64,000 nucleotides of DNA. It comes from Entomortierella parvispora E1425. Lineage: Eukaryota > Fungi > Mortierellomycota. Shown one piece after another: positions 26,165 through 37,988 of this stretch. The translations under genes were made by a program, and so were the position numbers. The stretch's first letter is position 1, and each line of letters opens with the position of its first letter. The DNA is taken from assembly GCA_020891255.1 (NCBI GenBank), contig BQFW01000008.1:2046001-2110000 (forward strand), in the 5' to 3' direction. The notes beneath the pieces were generated by a model, which was not told the DNA's origin, searched no databases, and saw nothing but the letters and a program-made list of their open reading frames with translations.

Positions 26165-29100
26165 TTAAAAAATGATACCGTGCTGCTCTTTGAAGGTTGT
26201 GACCAAGTCCATGCAGTTGTCCAAGTTGCTTACTGGGAGCCATTCGTCAGCTTCTCTGCCGTAGCCTTTGAATGACACTAGGAACTGGTGTTGTCTGCGG
26301 TAGAAGCGGTACTTTAAAATTTCGTCCACTTCATACTCCTCTTCGCCGTCAATTACAGTGGGATCCACGGGGGCAGGAGCTCGAATGCCGAGTGACTCCG
26401 GGGACGGCAAATAGGGTCGAAAGGTATCAACGTGGAAGACGTCATGGATTTTTGTAGAATGGTGGCAGCTCGACGCGGAAGGTGACAGGTGAGTGTTGCT
26501 CCAAAAGTGTGAACGGGCCAAGGAATTGAGGTCGAAGTTTATCGGCTGGTCTGATACTGTCGGCAGGGATGGTGATATTGGTGGCACGCAGCAGGACCTT
26601 CTCGCCAACCTTGTACTTGTGATCCCGTCGTCGCTTGTTTGCCTGTTGCTCCTGATGATCCTGAGCACGCTGCAGAGCATCCTGGGCCAGGGCAAGGGTG
26701 GTCGCCTGCTCAGTCAGGAAGGTATCGACAGTGGGGACTGAGCTGCTGGGTTTACCGAGGAGAGCGGTGGGGAGACGAGGGTGCTGGCCAGAGTTGAGGA
26801 AGAACGGCGAGTATCCCGTGGATGCATTGACAGCGTTGTTATAGGCGAATTCCAGTGACGGAAGGAGCTGGTCCCAGTTAGACTGCTTGTTGTCAATAAA
26901 CGCTCTCAACATAGTCTTCAGCGTCTTGTTCATAACCTCTGTCTGCCCATCCGTCTGTGGGTGGTAGGCGGTTGACAGTGCAAGTTTGACATCCATTAGC
27001 CTGTGCAACTCTTGCCAGAATCTACTAGTGAATCGAGTGTCGCGGTCCGAGATGATGGATGTTGGTGTGCCATGCAGCTTAAAGATGTTGTCAAAAAACT
27101 GGTGGGCGACGTCGACGGCTGTGGCAGAGGTAGTACTGGGGACGAAGTGAGCTTGCTTGGTCAGCTTGTCGACAAACACTGTGATGGCGTCAAAATTTCT
27201 AGCTGTGGGCGGAAGAGGGCCGATGAAGTCCATGGTGACTACCTCCCAACGTTGCGAAGGAATGGGTAGCGGTTGCAAGAGTCCAGCTGGTCGATCCTGT
27301 GAGTCCTTGTTCCTTTGACACTTCTCGCAGGTTGCTACATACTGCTGGGTATCCTTGGCGATGTGGGGCCAATATACGAAACGGCGCAGGTTGTCGTAAG
27401 TCTTTTGAAAACCAAAGTGTCCAGCAGTGGCAGAGTCGTGAGCGTCGTGCAAGAGAGTGAGGCGGATCGGGGAGTGCCGAGGGATGGCCAGGGTGGTTGC
27501 TCCACGTCGGGTAAAGTAGAGGAGGTTGTTCTGGAATGAATATCCATTGGCAACCTTCCCATCCAGGCAATCCTTGTAGATGGGTCCAAGTCGAGGATCG
27601 TCGTTGTAGTCCTGGACAAGCTGGTCACGGACGTCCGGGGACAGGGAGACGCTGAGGTTGTATAGCTCAACAGGGTCAGGCTCGCGGTAGTCCGGTCGTC
27701 GGGAGAGAGCGTCTGGGACGATGTTGTCAACTCCTCGCTTGTACTTGAAGTCAAAGTCGTATTCCTGAAGCAACTCCATCCAGCGAGCCTGTCGACGAGT
27801 GAGTTTGGGCTGTGTGGGGAAGTGGCGGAGGGTGGCGTGGTCGGTGTGGACGCTGAACTTGGTTCCATCGAGGTAGTAGCGCCAAGTGCGGAGCGCATGG
27901 ATGACAGCCAACAGTTCCTGCTCATGGACAGGGTAGTTCCGCTCAGCTGACTGCATTTTCCTGGAAGTGAATGCGATGGGATGGGTATTCCCTTCCCGGT
28001 CAGTCTGCAGCAGCACTGCACCGATGGCGAAACCGGATGCATCTGTTTCGACAAAGGTGAGAGATCGGGGTCGAAGATGCGGAGGACGGGGGCGGAGCAG
28101 ATGGCGCGTTTGAGCTGAAGGAATGCAGATTGTTGTTCGTCGGTCCATTTGAAGGGAGTGTTGTTGGCGAGGAGGGAAGAGAGAGGGAGGGCAATCCCTG
28201 CAAAGCCCGATACGTACTGTTGATAAAATTGCGCAAGCCCCAAAAATTGCTGGACGTCCTTTGTGCTCTTGGGGGTGGGCCAGTCACTGATGGCTTTGCT
28301 GAGCCCGGCCGATGTTTTGATCCCGTCCTTGGTGATGGTGTGGCCCAAAAATTCAGTTTCGTCTTGCATGAAGGAGCACTTGCTCAATTTCGCGTACAGA
28401 CCGTTCTTGCGGAGGAGAGCCAGGACGCTTCGGAGATGCTGCAGGTGTTCTTTCTTTGTCTTGGAGTAGATCAACAGATCGTCGAGATACACGACAACCC
28501 ATTTGTCCAAGACTGGATCGAGTACTCGCAACATCATATTGGAGAACGAAGCAGGAGCGTTAGTAAGGCCAAAGGGAACAACATTGAACTCAAAGTGACC
28601 ATAGCGACAACGGAAGGCAGTCTTGTGTGTGTGTGGTTCAAAGATACGCTGCTGATGATAACCGGATAACAAGTCCAACTTGGAGTAATAGCGTGCTCCA
28701 CGGAAGCGGTCAAGTAGCTCGTCGATACGGGGCAGCGGGTGTCTGTTCTTCCTGGTGATCTTGTTGAGGCCACGGTAGTCGACGCACATTCGGAGTGTGC
28801 CGTCCTTCTTCCGCACAAAGAGCACGGGGGCGCCATAGGGAGAGGTACTGGGTTTGATAAAACCTGCTGCTAGCAATTGGTCCAGTTGTTTGCGAAGTTC
28901 GTCAAGCTCGGCGATTGAAAGTCTAATGACAGGGCGGAAGGGTGGGTCGGCTGTCGGGTCGGTCTCGATCTTCATAGCATCACCACGGTCTGGGGGCAGG
29001 CCGTCCGGGAGTTTCTCCGGAAAGACATCAGCGAACTCTTCCATGACAATGGACCGCACCTCTGGGGGTCATATCGGGAATTGTACGCGGTTGGTCAGTT

Positions 29101-29961
29101 TCTTCAGAGGGCTCTGGGGTGTTGCGAATAAGGGCCAGGAACACCTCCGAGCCGGGCAGGGTTGCCATGGAATGAAAGTGCATGTGTGTGAGGAGGAGTC
29201 CTTTGGTGCGGCTTTTGGATGTGATCGGCCTTGAAGCCGCGGCAGCTCCATTTGACATCGATTCCATTGTGAGTGAAATGAAGATCGTTGGTGCGCCAAT
29301 TGATGCAAGGGTTAACTTTGGTGAGCCAGGGTTTGCCAAGGATGAGGTCGTATTTGTTGAGAGGATAGAGAATAGGGTTGAGCGAATCGGAGTAGTCGCT
29401 GCGGTTGAGGGTGATGGGGACGGTGTGTGATGTGAGGGAGGAAGAGCCATTGGGGAGGAGGATGGGGATGGGCAAGCATTCAGTGCGGAGGAGCTGGTGT
29501 CGCTTTTGAAAAGACGAACTGATAATATTACCTTCTGCACCACCATCAATCAGGATTCTGGCAGCGTGGCCATTGACAGAACCGATGAAAGTGAGCAGTT
29601 GGCTCTCTGCCTTTTGGACAGTGAATTCGTGTAGGCGAATCGCACGACGCTTCAACTTCTTCAACTGACTTTTGGACAGAGGTACACTAGGTGCCGGCGG
29701 TACAGCGAGAGGGTCCGGTTCATCTGTATCGGAGGATCTAGGTAGAGGAGCGGACAGGGCAACTGGAGCGGGCGAGGCAACAGGTTTTTTGGTTTGGTTT
29801 TGGTTTCGGTCCGATAGAACAACCAGAGCATCGTGGATGTGAGTTCGCTTGTCATGATTGGAGTCATGTTTCTGAGGTGTAGAATCAAGTGAAGTTTTAT
29901 TTGAGGTACTTAGCTCAGGGTTGTTGGCTACAGTTTCGACAACTGGGGGTCCGGACCGACC
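26165..29961 (-). pseudogene. pol: Pol PR-RT-RH-IN-chromodomain (family A copy 1), frameshifted
   Basis: ILIDGGA, YLDDLLIYS, ETDASG, MDFIGPLP, GPF and EEEYEVDEIL...FKGY; several 1-nt indels. Confidence 0.88.
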
Positions 29962-30882
29962 CTAGTTGCCGGAGGCTTTTCCCGAATCAGGGGATTCACC
30001 CGCGGTTACTTGATTAATTCCTCGGCTGCCGTTGCCGTACTTAGGGCAATTGGGACTGATGTGACCCAATTCGCGGCAGCGGAAGCAGCCACCGTTACGT
30101 ACAAGGTACTCTCGGTCGGCGGCGGTCAGGGGTGCGGGGCGATCTCGAGAAGGGTTGTTAGTACCGTTGGTGGGGCGGCTCTGTAAGGAGCGGTGAAGGG
30201 TGCCGAGTTGCTTGTGGATATTGTTGAGTTGGATATGAATATTGTCCACTTCCATTGCGTTGGGGTCGGTGATACCAGCAGAGGATCCCGAGGCAGCCAG
30301 TGCTTTGGCACCGAGTGATGGGTCTCCAGTGTGGAAGATACGACCGAACTCCTCCGCGGCCTTGAAGAGTCTGGGCAGATCTATGGTGTCGTTGCCTGCA
30401 TTAACAATGGCCACTTCCAGCATCTGGCGAAGCTGAGTAGGTGCACCACTGAGAAAGGCAGTACGGATAGTATCGTTGAGAACTGCGTTGTCGGCGTAGT
30501 AAGACTGGAGGAGTAGGTGGTATTCACGGGCTTTGGTAATATAGGCCATGACGTTGGAGATGTTCAGTGGCAGTGTCATTTTCATTTGCATTGTGAGGGC
30601 GAGAATGTGCTCCTTAAACTTCGCAGGGCTGAACTCGGCGGCAAGGAGCTCGCTGAAATCCGGGAATGAGGTGTCGGATGGCTTGTTTAAGAGTGCCCAC
30701 CAGCCGATAACCTCATCGCCGGCAAAGGCAAGGGTAACCCCGACCTTGCGAGATTCGGCAATTCCAGCGCCATCGAAGAAAAAGGTCATGCGTTTCAGAA
30801 AACCGAGAACAGAGAATCCGTCGCGCTTGCCGTTGAACGGTGTTGGATGAGGGAATTTGAATGACGGTGTCGCGGAGTCCAT
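29962..30882 (-). CDS. gag: Gag (family A copy 1) with CCHC knuckle
   Basis: CFRCRELGHISPNCP; 306 aa from the first ATG. Confidence 0.9.
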   Translation of the reverse strand: MDSATPSFKFPHPTPFNGKRDGFSVLGFLKRMTFFFDGAGIAESRKVGVTLAFAGDEVIGWWALLNKPSDTSFPDFSELLAAEFSPAKFKEHILALTMQMKMTLPLNISNVMAYITKAREYHLLLQSYYADNAVLNDTIRTAFLSGAPTQLRQMLEVAIVNAGNDTIDLPRLFKAAEEFGRIFHTGDPSLGAKALAASGSSAGITDPNAMEVDNIHIQLNNIHKQLGTLHRSLQSRPTNGTNNPSRDRPAPLTAADREYLVRNGGCFRCRELGHISPNCPKYGNGSRGINQVTAGESPDSGKASGN

Positions 30883-32840
30883 GTTGGGTGAATTGTCGAG
30901 GGAGAGTTGATCGAAGAGGGATACGAGGGGGTCCAGGGTGTGAGTGTGTCGGAGGGTCAGTGGGTCAGTGAGGTCAGTGGATCGAAAACCTTTGCTACCA
31001 TGCAATAGGAGTATCGAGGGTGGAGTGGAGACAAGAAGTGAGTTTTATTATATTGCAAGTTTCTAGCTTTTGTAGGTACACATCGCGTGATGTCACCGTA
31101 TTCCTGTTACATCAGGGAACATGAAGGGAAGGAATTTTCGGCTTGGAAGCTCTGGATCATGACGCGACAATCTTGTCGCTGGCCACGTTTTTGGCTGATG
31201 TGATGAACAGCGTGCGGCCCTCTCTGTCATGCGACCGTTGTCGGTTGTGGTTCCAGCAAAAGAGAGCATTCATTGCGTTTGTCTCCATGCCATTCCTTTT
31301 ATCACCTTGTGGCACCATGGTCGGTTTGAGTTGCATTTATGATCGCTGTTCTCTCTCTTTCAATGGCTCGCGAGAAGTCAAAGGCACATACTGCATATAT
31401 ACACCTTCAAGATGAAATTGGCAGACGTCAATATCGACATCCCTCCACGCTACCTGCTGTTCGATATCTCTTAGAAGTGCTCTGCACAACTATCGTCTTT
31501 CCCTCTACACGTTCCCGACTAAGAATATTTAGGCCATCAACCCACTCCAGGATGCACGTAGCCATGCTGCATACCCAATATTGTTTTGAGCAAAGGTCAA
31601 CGTTCTCGCCTCTCGCTTGTTCTATTGCACCAACGACTTTACCTCACCCTGTGGAGAGACCGCCCACAGCTCACTGCTACATCCGGTCGACCGTCAGGCG
31701 AGCCTGCCACCTTCAGGGACACGAAGAGATCCAACCAAAAGTGATCCTACGCATTACACGCGAGGCCGAAAGGAAATATCTCCAGAAAGCCTGGTAATGA
31801 AAAGTGTAATTATCTCTGTCCCTTGTTTGATTTTGCTTTTGCTGATGATTTTTTTCCCCGCCTCTTTAATGTTGACCATCTCACCAAGGATGCCACAGTT
31901 AAGGCTATCTGGTCATCATTGAAGAGCACCGAAAACAATTCTGAGGACGTACCGAGTTCTAAGCGCGCACAGGTTTGCCGAACACGAGCGTGATCTCACC
32001 GGCTTGCCCAGAAATGCTCTTGCTACCACAGCACGGAAGTTGCTGCACCTCTATCAATTGTTGTGGAGTCCAGACACGAGTATCCTTAGGTCAAATATCG
32101 CACTTCAAGCACAATCTATCCAGGACTATCACGATGTCGTGGAAACGAAATTTGACAGGATTTGGGTCGAGTCAGTTTGCTCAGGAAACCAGTGCCTCTC
32201 TAATAATTCCAGAGCATGCGCCTTTTGACAATGGCCAGTCTGCCGACACGAAGACAGAGCCAGAGACTCGAACTGTCTCTGTGACTCTTGACCGAATCCT
32301 CTGGTCTGACCTGTGATGTCGAAAAAGTCATAATCAAAGGCTTTACTACAAGAAAAGAAAGACTATTTATCCAGACACATGGATGAGATTCAGATCGCGC
32401 TGATGAAATTCAGCATGAGATGGGTCATTTCGCACTGGAAGAGCGAATAGGTTGAAGATCTTGCAAGCTTTCTTTTTTTTTTTGCGAATGGCTATTCTGT
32501 TCCTTATTGATAGGTGCTTCATGGAGCTCTGCACCCTAGTCCGTCAGATTCGGATCTCACCAAGTTCCTTCCGGACGGCTTTGTGATATATGATGAGGAT
32601 CTGCGAAAGGAGACGACACTTCCAATGAGCGCTGTATCTGATTAATTTCAAAGCAGTATGCCTGTCGCTTGTGAGAGAGGACGTCCGAGCAGTTTCACAA
32701 GATTTTATTCAATACGCTGGAAAACGACTTATTTGGGATCATGCTGACAGCGACATAAGAAGAGAAGAGGATCCAGAATCTATCGAGCCCAACAAGGGCC
32801 TCTCTGCTCGACCCTCGTCTCTGGATTGAAGCGCCCTAGC

Positions 32841-32965
32841 TGTAACAGGAATGCGGTGACACCATGCGATGTGCACCTATAAAAGATAGAAACTTGCAAT
32901 ATAATAATCCCCACTTCTTGTCCCCACTCAGTCCCCCTGTAGTCCTATTGCATGGTAGCAAAGGC
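32841..32965 (+). mobile_element. Older diverged family-A 5' LTR plus PBS remnant
   Basis: TGTAACAGGAATGCGGTGAC...CCTATTGCA (32841-32952) followed by TGGTAGCAAAGG; internal region lost. Confidence 0.8.
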
Positions 32966-34367
32966 CTCTCTATCCCCCGACCTCGCCCCCTAGTTTTCCC
33001 AGTTTTCCCCCAGTTACCCTTGTCCACAAACTTGCCATCCTGTCCCCACTGTGATATTCTCGTGGGGTCTTACTTACAAACAATAACAGTCAATAGAAGT
33101 CAACGAGAACAAGAGGGTTTTATTAAGGACAGGCACCAGCGGAAGACTCTTAAACATCGGAGAAGTGAAAAAGGACTGAGGGCGGATGAGGAGGATGGGT
33201 TCAGAGCTTCGCCCCGAGGGGTGCAAATTTGGCGGCGTCGGGCTAGAGTCATGTAAAGTGGTGCCGTAAAGACTTTTATTTTTTTTTTTTTTTTTTGGTG
33301 CTGACATGTCTTTCCTGGCCATAAGGGCATGTGATGGCGCTTTTAGACTGTGCAGACGATCTCTGCATCCATCCGTCATAGAAACGAACCTCTACTATGT
33401 AGCATCGCAGAATGTTTTTGAAAAATAGTTCGATTCAGTCACCTCCCGGTTGTGGGGGGTCCATTGGGTACAATGACTGTAGGAGCAGGGAGCTGAGGAG
33501 TGGGATTGGGGGTAGGGGGGAGTCCTTTCATATCTCTAGGATCACGGTGCAGAGCCTTGGACGATCCTTTCTCGAACCTGGTCATTGAGATTGTGCAGAA
33601 AGCGAACCTAAGTGGGGCAGAGAAGCAAGTGGCCATCATTTGTGTCCAAGACTCTTTGAACGGGATCCAAATTTAGATGTGATGCAGGGCTACTAGATGG
33701 TACCTTGCAGGCCTTGGGGCCTTCTAAAGGTTTGCTGATTCTGCTGTCTCAATGATCACATATCAGACACTACGAAGGAGCGAGAGAACGTGGCGAGAGA
33801 TGGAGAGGCTGAGGAGAACCATAAACGGAAGAGAAAACAAAAAAGGAAAAAGTCAAGCACACGAGAGAAGCGCGCTCCATCCCCTCTTCGCCCTGTCTCC
33901 TCTCCAACCTCCACCCCATTGCTCACGATTGGAACATTGACTTGACAGGATTGTCTGAATGGACAAACGGCTCATCTCAAGGATGCAATCACTCTACTCT
34001 TCTGTTGGCATGTCACCATGGAGTCAGATCATGAACTTACAAGTGGACAATTCCTCCTTGCAGGAAATAGACCTTTTTCAGCAAACAGGACTGAGCATTC
34101 ATACATTCTTCGCAATTGGGGTGAGTATGTTCGGCGTCTCGAGTTTGCCTTGTCCTTGATGCGTACAGTACCTTGAGTTCGTGAACAGACTCTGACTGTG
34201 GGATATATCGACGGTGATGTGTTCCCACCCTTGACGATACAAAAGTCTTTGCTCAGACACGGTTCAAGACAGATATTTTTTTCTTGAGAATTGGGCGAAT
34301 GCAGCGCACACACACAAGACCAATTGCCCAACTGGCCCGTGCATCACTTTCACGTTGCTCCCTTACT

Positions 34368-34510
34368 CATCTCCCCATTCATCCTCTCCCATCCCACTCT
34401 CTCCATCTCCTCCTCTCATCTTCTCCTCCTCTCATCTTCTCATCCTCTCATCTTTTCATCCTCTCGTCTTCTCATCTGCTCCCCTCATCCCCTCATCATT
34501 TCATCTTCCC
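34368..34510 (+). repeat. Degenerate CTCATC/TCT pyrimidine-rich low-complexity tract upstream of the Hsp70-like gene
   Basis: Repeated ctcatc / tcctc units. Confidence 0.6.
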
Positions 34511-34551
34511 AAATTCTTGGCATTCTTTTCATTCCTCTCGTTCGAAATTAA

Positions 34552-36410
34552 ATGAAAGGCTTGAGCAAGCTGTTTTCAGCTCTGGTTAAGTCGTTCGTCT
34601 TGATCTTTCTCACCTCTGTAGCGGTGTCCAATCCCCCGCCTGGAGAGGTCTTGAAGACGCTAGCAATTGGTAAAGACAATTACAATCACTACCTTGTTCT
34701 CCCGTCGATCTGGCCAGTTTACCCCGAATTTATATTTTTTTATTTCCTTCAGATGTCGGATCTACTGCCACTCGTTTGAGTGTTCTTGTTGGTGAGAATG
34801 GACTCGCCTTTAGTAATACCGGTGAACCGAGGGTAATAATGACCGGTCCAGGAACGCACTCTTTTCCTGGCCCACTAGAGTCCAATTGGACGCTTGAAGG
34901 ATTTCTGTTGATCAAGGAGGGCACGGACGAAGCCCATTACGTGCATCCCTTCAATACGCTCTTCAACCTTGACTATCCCTTGGCGCTGCGTTCTCGGGAG
35001 AGGGATGGTTACCACGACAAACCCAGCATCCCCGGATACCAGGCATTTACCCTCATTGACATCACAGCCAAGTACCTGGAAAAGCTAAAAACGTCCGCGG
35101 AATCAATCGTCCGTCGAAAACTGCCCTTTACTGTCATTGTCTTGCCGGGTGGACACAATATAAAAACAGTACCTAAAAAAAACTTCAATGACAGCTATTG
35201 GGGAAACCGAACCTCCTTTGTTCGAGTGCAGATGAATGGACACGATCCTCAAAAGTCGAAACGTGTCATGATGTCAGCCACACCACAGCGGGGATTCGGG
35301 GTGTGGAGCCAAGTGTACACGAGAGCCCCTGCCATTCTCTTTCCCTTGGATACCGGCATGGAGTACCGTCGACCTTTTCTTGTCTATCATCTCGGCAGCT
35401 CAACATTCGAGGTTTCCATCCATAGAGTGGCCGGAGGAGATGCAGACACCATGTCCTCCGTTTATGATCAACATCTTGGCGGAAACAATTTCAATCAGCG
35501 CATCGTGGATCATTTGCTCCTGGCTCACAGGAACAAGACGGGCCAGGACCTCTCCAGTGACGACATATTTCTCCTCGGGCTCAGAAACAAAGTGGAGGCG
35601 GCCAAGCAAGAGCTGTCAGTTCAAGACTGGGTTCTGATTGAGATAGAGTCCCCTCAATCTGGAGGTCAAGGCCTCTCTGAAGTGTTGACTCGAACCCAAT
35701 TCGAGGATTTGAACCGGGTTCTCTTTAACAAGACCATCGCGGCCATCGATCGAGCGATTCATGACTCCGCCCTATATACCAAGTATGATATCCAGGATAT
35801 CGTGTTATCTGGTGGATCCGCCAACATCCCTTTTCTCCAGTCGACCATCAAAGACTACTTCGGTCCCCACAAAAAATACCACCGATTGAGTCATCCCGAA
35901 AACACCGCCGTTTTGGGTGCCGCCCGACTTGGACATTGGTACCAGGACGAACGGCGCTTTACGGGCGACGTGTGTTGCCTTGGTGCGAGCACCGCCGTTG
36001 TTGGCATCGAGACTGCGGGAGGAGTTATGTTCAAATACACTGAGCGGGGAGATTATCTGACTGTCAACAGCATGTACACTTTTACCACCGCTCGAGATCA
36101 CCAAGAACAGGTGCTCATCCGAGTGTACAGTGGCGAAGGGAAATGGACGAGTGAGAATAGGTTCTTGGGTGAGGCTAGGCTCACAGGGATTGCGCCGGCT
36201 CTCAAGGATATTCCACAGATCCGAGTATGGCTTGTCAGTTACGGGTGTGGCGACTACCTCAATCTGAACGTCATGGATGTGACCTCTCGGAGGACCAGTG
36301 CCACTATCATCTACACCAACGGCTATGGAAAGAAGTCCAATGACGAAATAGGGGCGTTCGAGCTTGAACCAGCAGGCAAACTGATTCTTCTACCTTCCTT
36401 AATTGACTAA
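34552..36410 (+). CDS. Divergent Hsp70-superfamily protein with N-terminal signal-peptide-like segment (2 exons, ~591 aa)
   Basis: Intron 34670-34752 creates LAIDVGSTATR; HLGGNNFNQRIV, IVLSGGSANIP, GIETAGGVM, TFTTARDHQEQVLIRVYSGE. Confidence 0.8.
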
Positions 36411-36463
36411 AACTTTGAAGAGTGGGGAGGGGGAGGGGGGCTGCACTGTACGGTTTTCGAGCC

Positions 36464-36791
36464 TGTGATGTTTAGCACTAGGTATGGGGTTCAGGACGCC
36501 AGTCCTGAGTCGCAGTTGCAATAGGAGTATCGAGGGTGGAGTGGAGACAAGAAGTGAGTTTTATTATATTGCAAGTTTCTAGCTTTTGTAGGTACACATC
36601 GCGTGATGTCACCGTATTCCTGTTACAGCAGTCCTTTTTTATTTCTCCAATGTTTAAGAGTCTTCCGTGACTGGCACCTGCCGGACTATAAAAGACCTGC
36701 TGGTGCCTGTCTTTAATAAAACCCTCTCTTGTTCTCGTTGACTTCTATTGACTCTTATTGTTTGTAAGTAAGACCCCACGAGAATATCACA
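36464..36791 (+). mobile_element. LTR family C (~212 bp net), interrupted by a solo A LTR
   Basis: TGTGATG...ATATCACA termini, TATAAAAG and AATAAA; homologous to 54847-55062; flanks do not match. Confidence 0.8.
36517..36627 (-). mobile_element. Solo LTR, family A
   Basis: Same 111-bp LTR; TSD GCAGT on both sides. Confidence 0.95.
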
Positions 36792-36949
36792 TAGTATATA
36801 CATGTAAACCCCCTTGATTCATAGCTGTATTCCCCAGTTGTAACAGGAATACGGTGACATCACGCGATGTGTACCTACAAAAGCTAGAAACTTGCAATAT
36901 AATAAAACTCACTTCTTGTCTCCACTCCACCCTCGATACTCCTATTGCA

Positions 36950-36980
36950 TGGTAGCAAAGGTTTTCGATCCACTGACCTC
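36950..36980 (+). promoter_or_regulatory. Primer-binding site, tRNA-iMet type (extended)
   Basis: TGGTAGCA directly after the LTR, then GGTTTTCGATCCACTGACCTC. Confidence 0.75.
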
Positions 36981-37067
36981 ACTGACCCACTGACCCTCCG
37001 ACACACTTACACCCTGGACCCCCTCGTATCCCTCTTCGATCAACTCTCCCTCGACAATTCACCCAAC

Positions 37068-37988
37068 ATGGACCCCGCGACACCGTCATTCAAATTCCCT
37101 CATCCAACACCGTTCAACGGCAAGCGCGACGGATTCTCTGTTCTCGGTTTTCTGAAACGCATGACCTTTTTCTTCGATGGCGCTGGAATTGCCGAATCTC
37201 GCAAGGTCGGGGTTACCCTTGCCTTTGCCGGCGATGAGGTTATCGGCTGGTGGGCACTCTTAAACAAGCCATCCGACACCTCATTCCCGGATTTCAGCGA
37301 GCTCCTTGCCACCGAGTTCAGTCCTGCGAAGTTTAAGGAGCACATTCTCGCCCTCACAATGCAAATGAAAATGACACTACCATTGAACATCTCCAACGTC
37401 ATGGCCTATATTACCAAAGCCCGTGAATACCACCTGCTCCTCCAGTCTTACTACGCCGACAACGCAGTTCTCAACGATACTATCCGTACTGCCTTTCTCA
37501 GTGGTGCACCTACTCAGCTTCGCCAGATGCTGGAAGTGGCCATTGTTAATGCAGGCAACGACACCATAGATCTGCCCAGACTCTTCAAGGCCGCGGAGGA
37601 GTTCGGTCGTATCTTCCACACTGGAGACCCATCACTCGGTGCCAAAGCACTGGCTGCCTCGGGATCCTCTGCTGGTATCACCGACCCCAACGCAATGGAA
37701 GTGGACAATATTCATATCCAACTCAACAATATCCACAAGCAACTCGGCACCCTTCACCGCTCCTTACAGAGCCGCCCCACCAACGGTACTAACAACCCTT
37801 CTCGAGATCGCCCCGCACCCCTGACCGCCGCCGACCGAGAGTACCTTGTACGTAACGGTGGCTGCTTCCGCTGCCGCGAATTGGGTCACATCAGTCCCAA
37901 TTGCCCTAAGTACGGCAACGGCAGCCGAGGAATTAATCAAGTAACCGCGGGTGAATCCCCTGATTCGGGAAAAGCCTCCGGCAACTAG
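37068..37988 (+). CDS. gag: Gag (family A copy 2)
   Basis: CCHC knuckle; ends ..GGG AAAA GCC TCC GGC AAC TAG. Confidence 0.9.
   Translation: MDPATPSFKFPHPTPFNGKRDGFSVLGFLKRMTFFFDGAGIAESRKVGVTLAFAGDEVIGWWALLNKPSDTSFPDFSELLATEFSPAKFKEHILALTMQMKMTLPLNISNVMAYITKAREYHLLLQSYYADNAVLNDTIRTAFLSGAPTQLRQMLEVAIVNAGNDTIDLPRLFKAAEEFGRIFHTGDPSLGAKALAASGSSAGITDPNAMEVDNIHIQLNNIHKQLGTLHRSLQSRPTNGTNNPSRDRPAPLTAADREYLVRNGGCFRCRELGHISPNCPKYGNGSRGINQVTAGESPDSGKASGN

Larger units (their letters stand above)
26043..31111 (-). mobile_element. Ty3/Gypsy chromovirus family A, copy 1
   Basis: 111-bp TG..CA LTRs at 26043-26153 and 31001-31111; TSD TCAGG (26038-26042 / 31112-31116); gag, PR, RT (YLDD), RH, IN and chromodomain. 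Confidence 0.96.
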
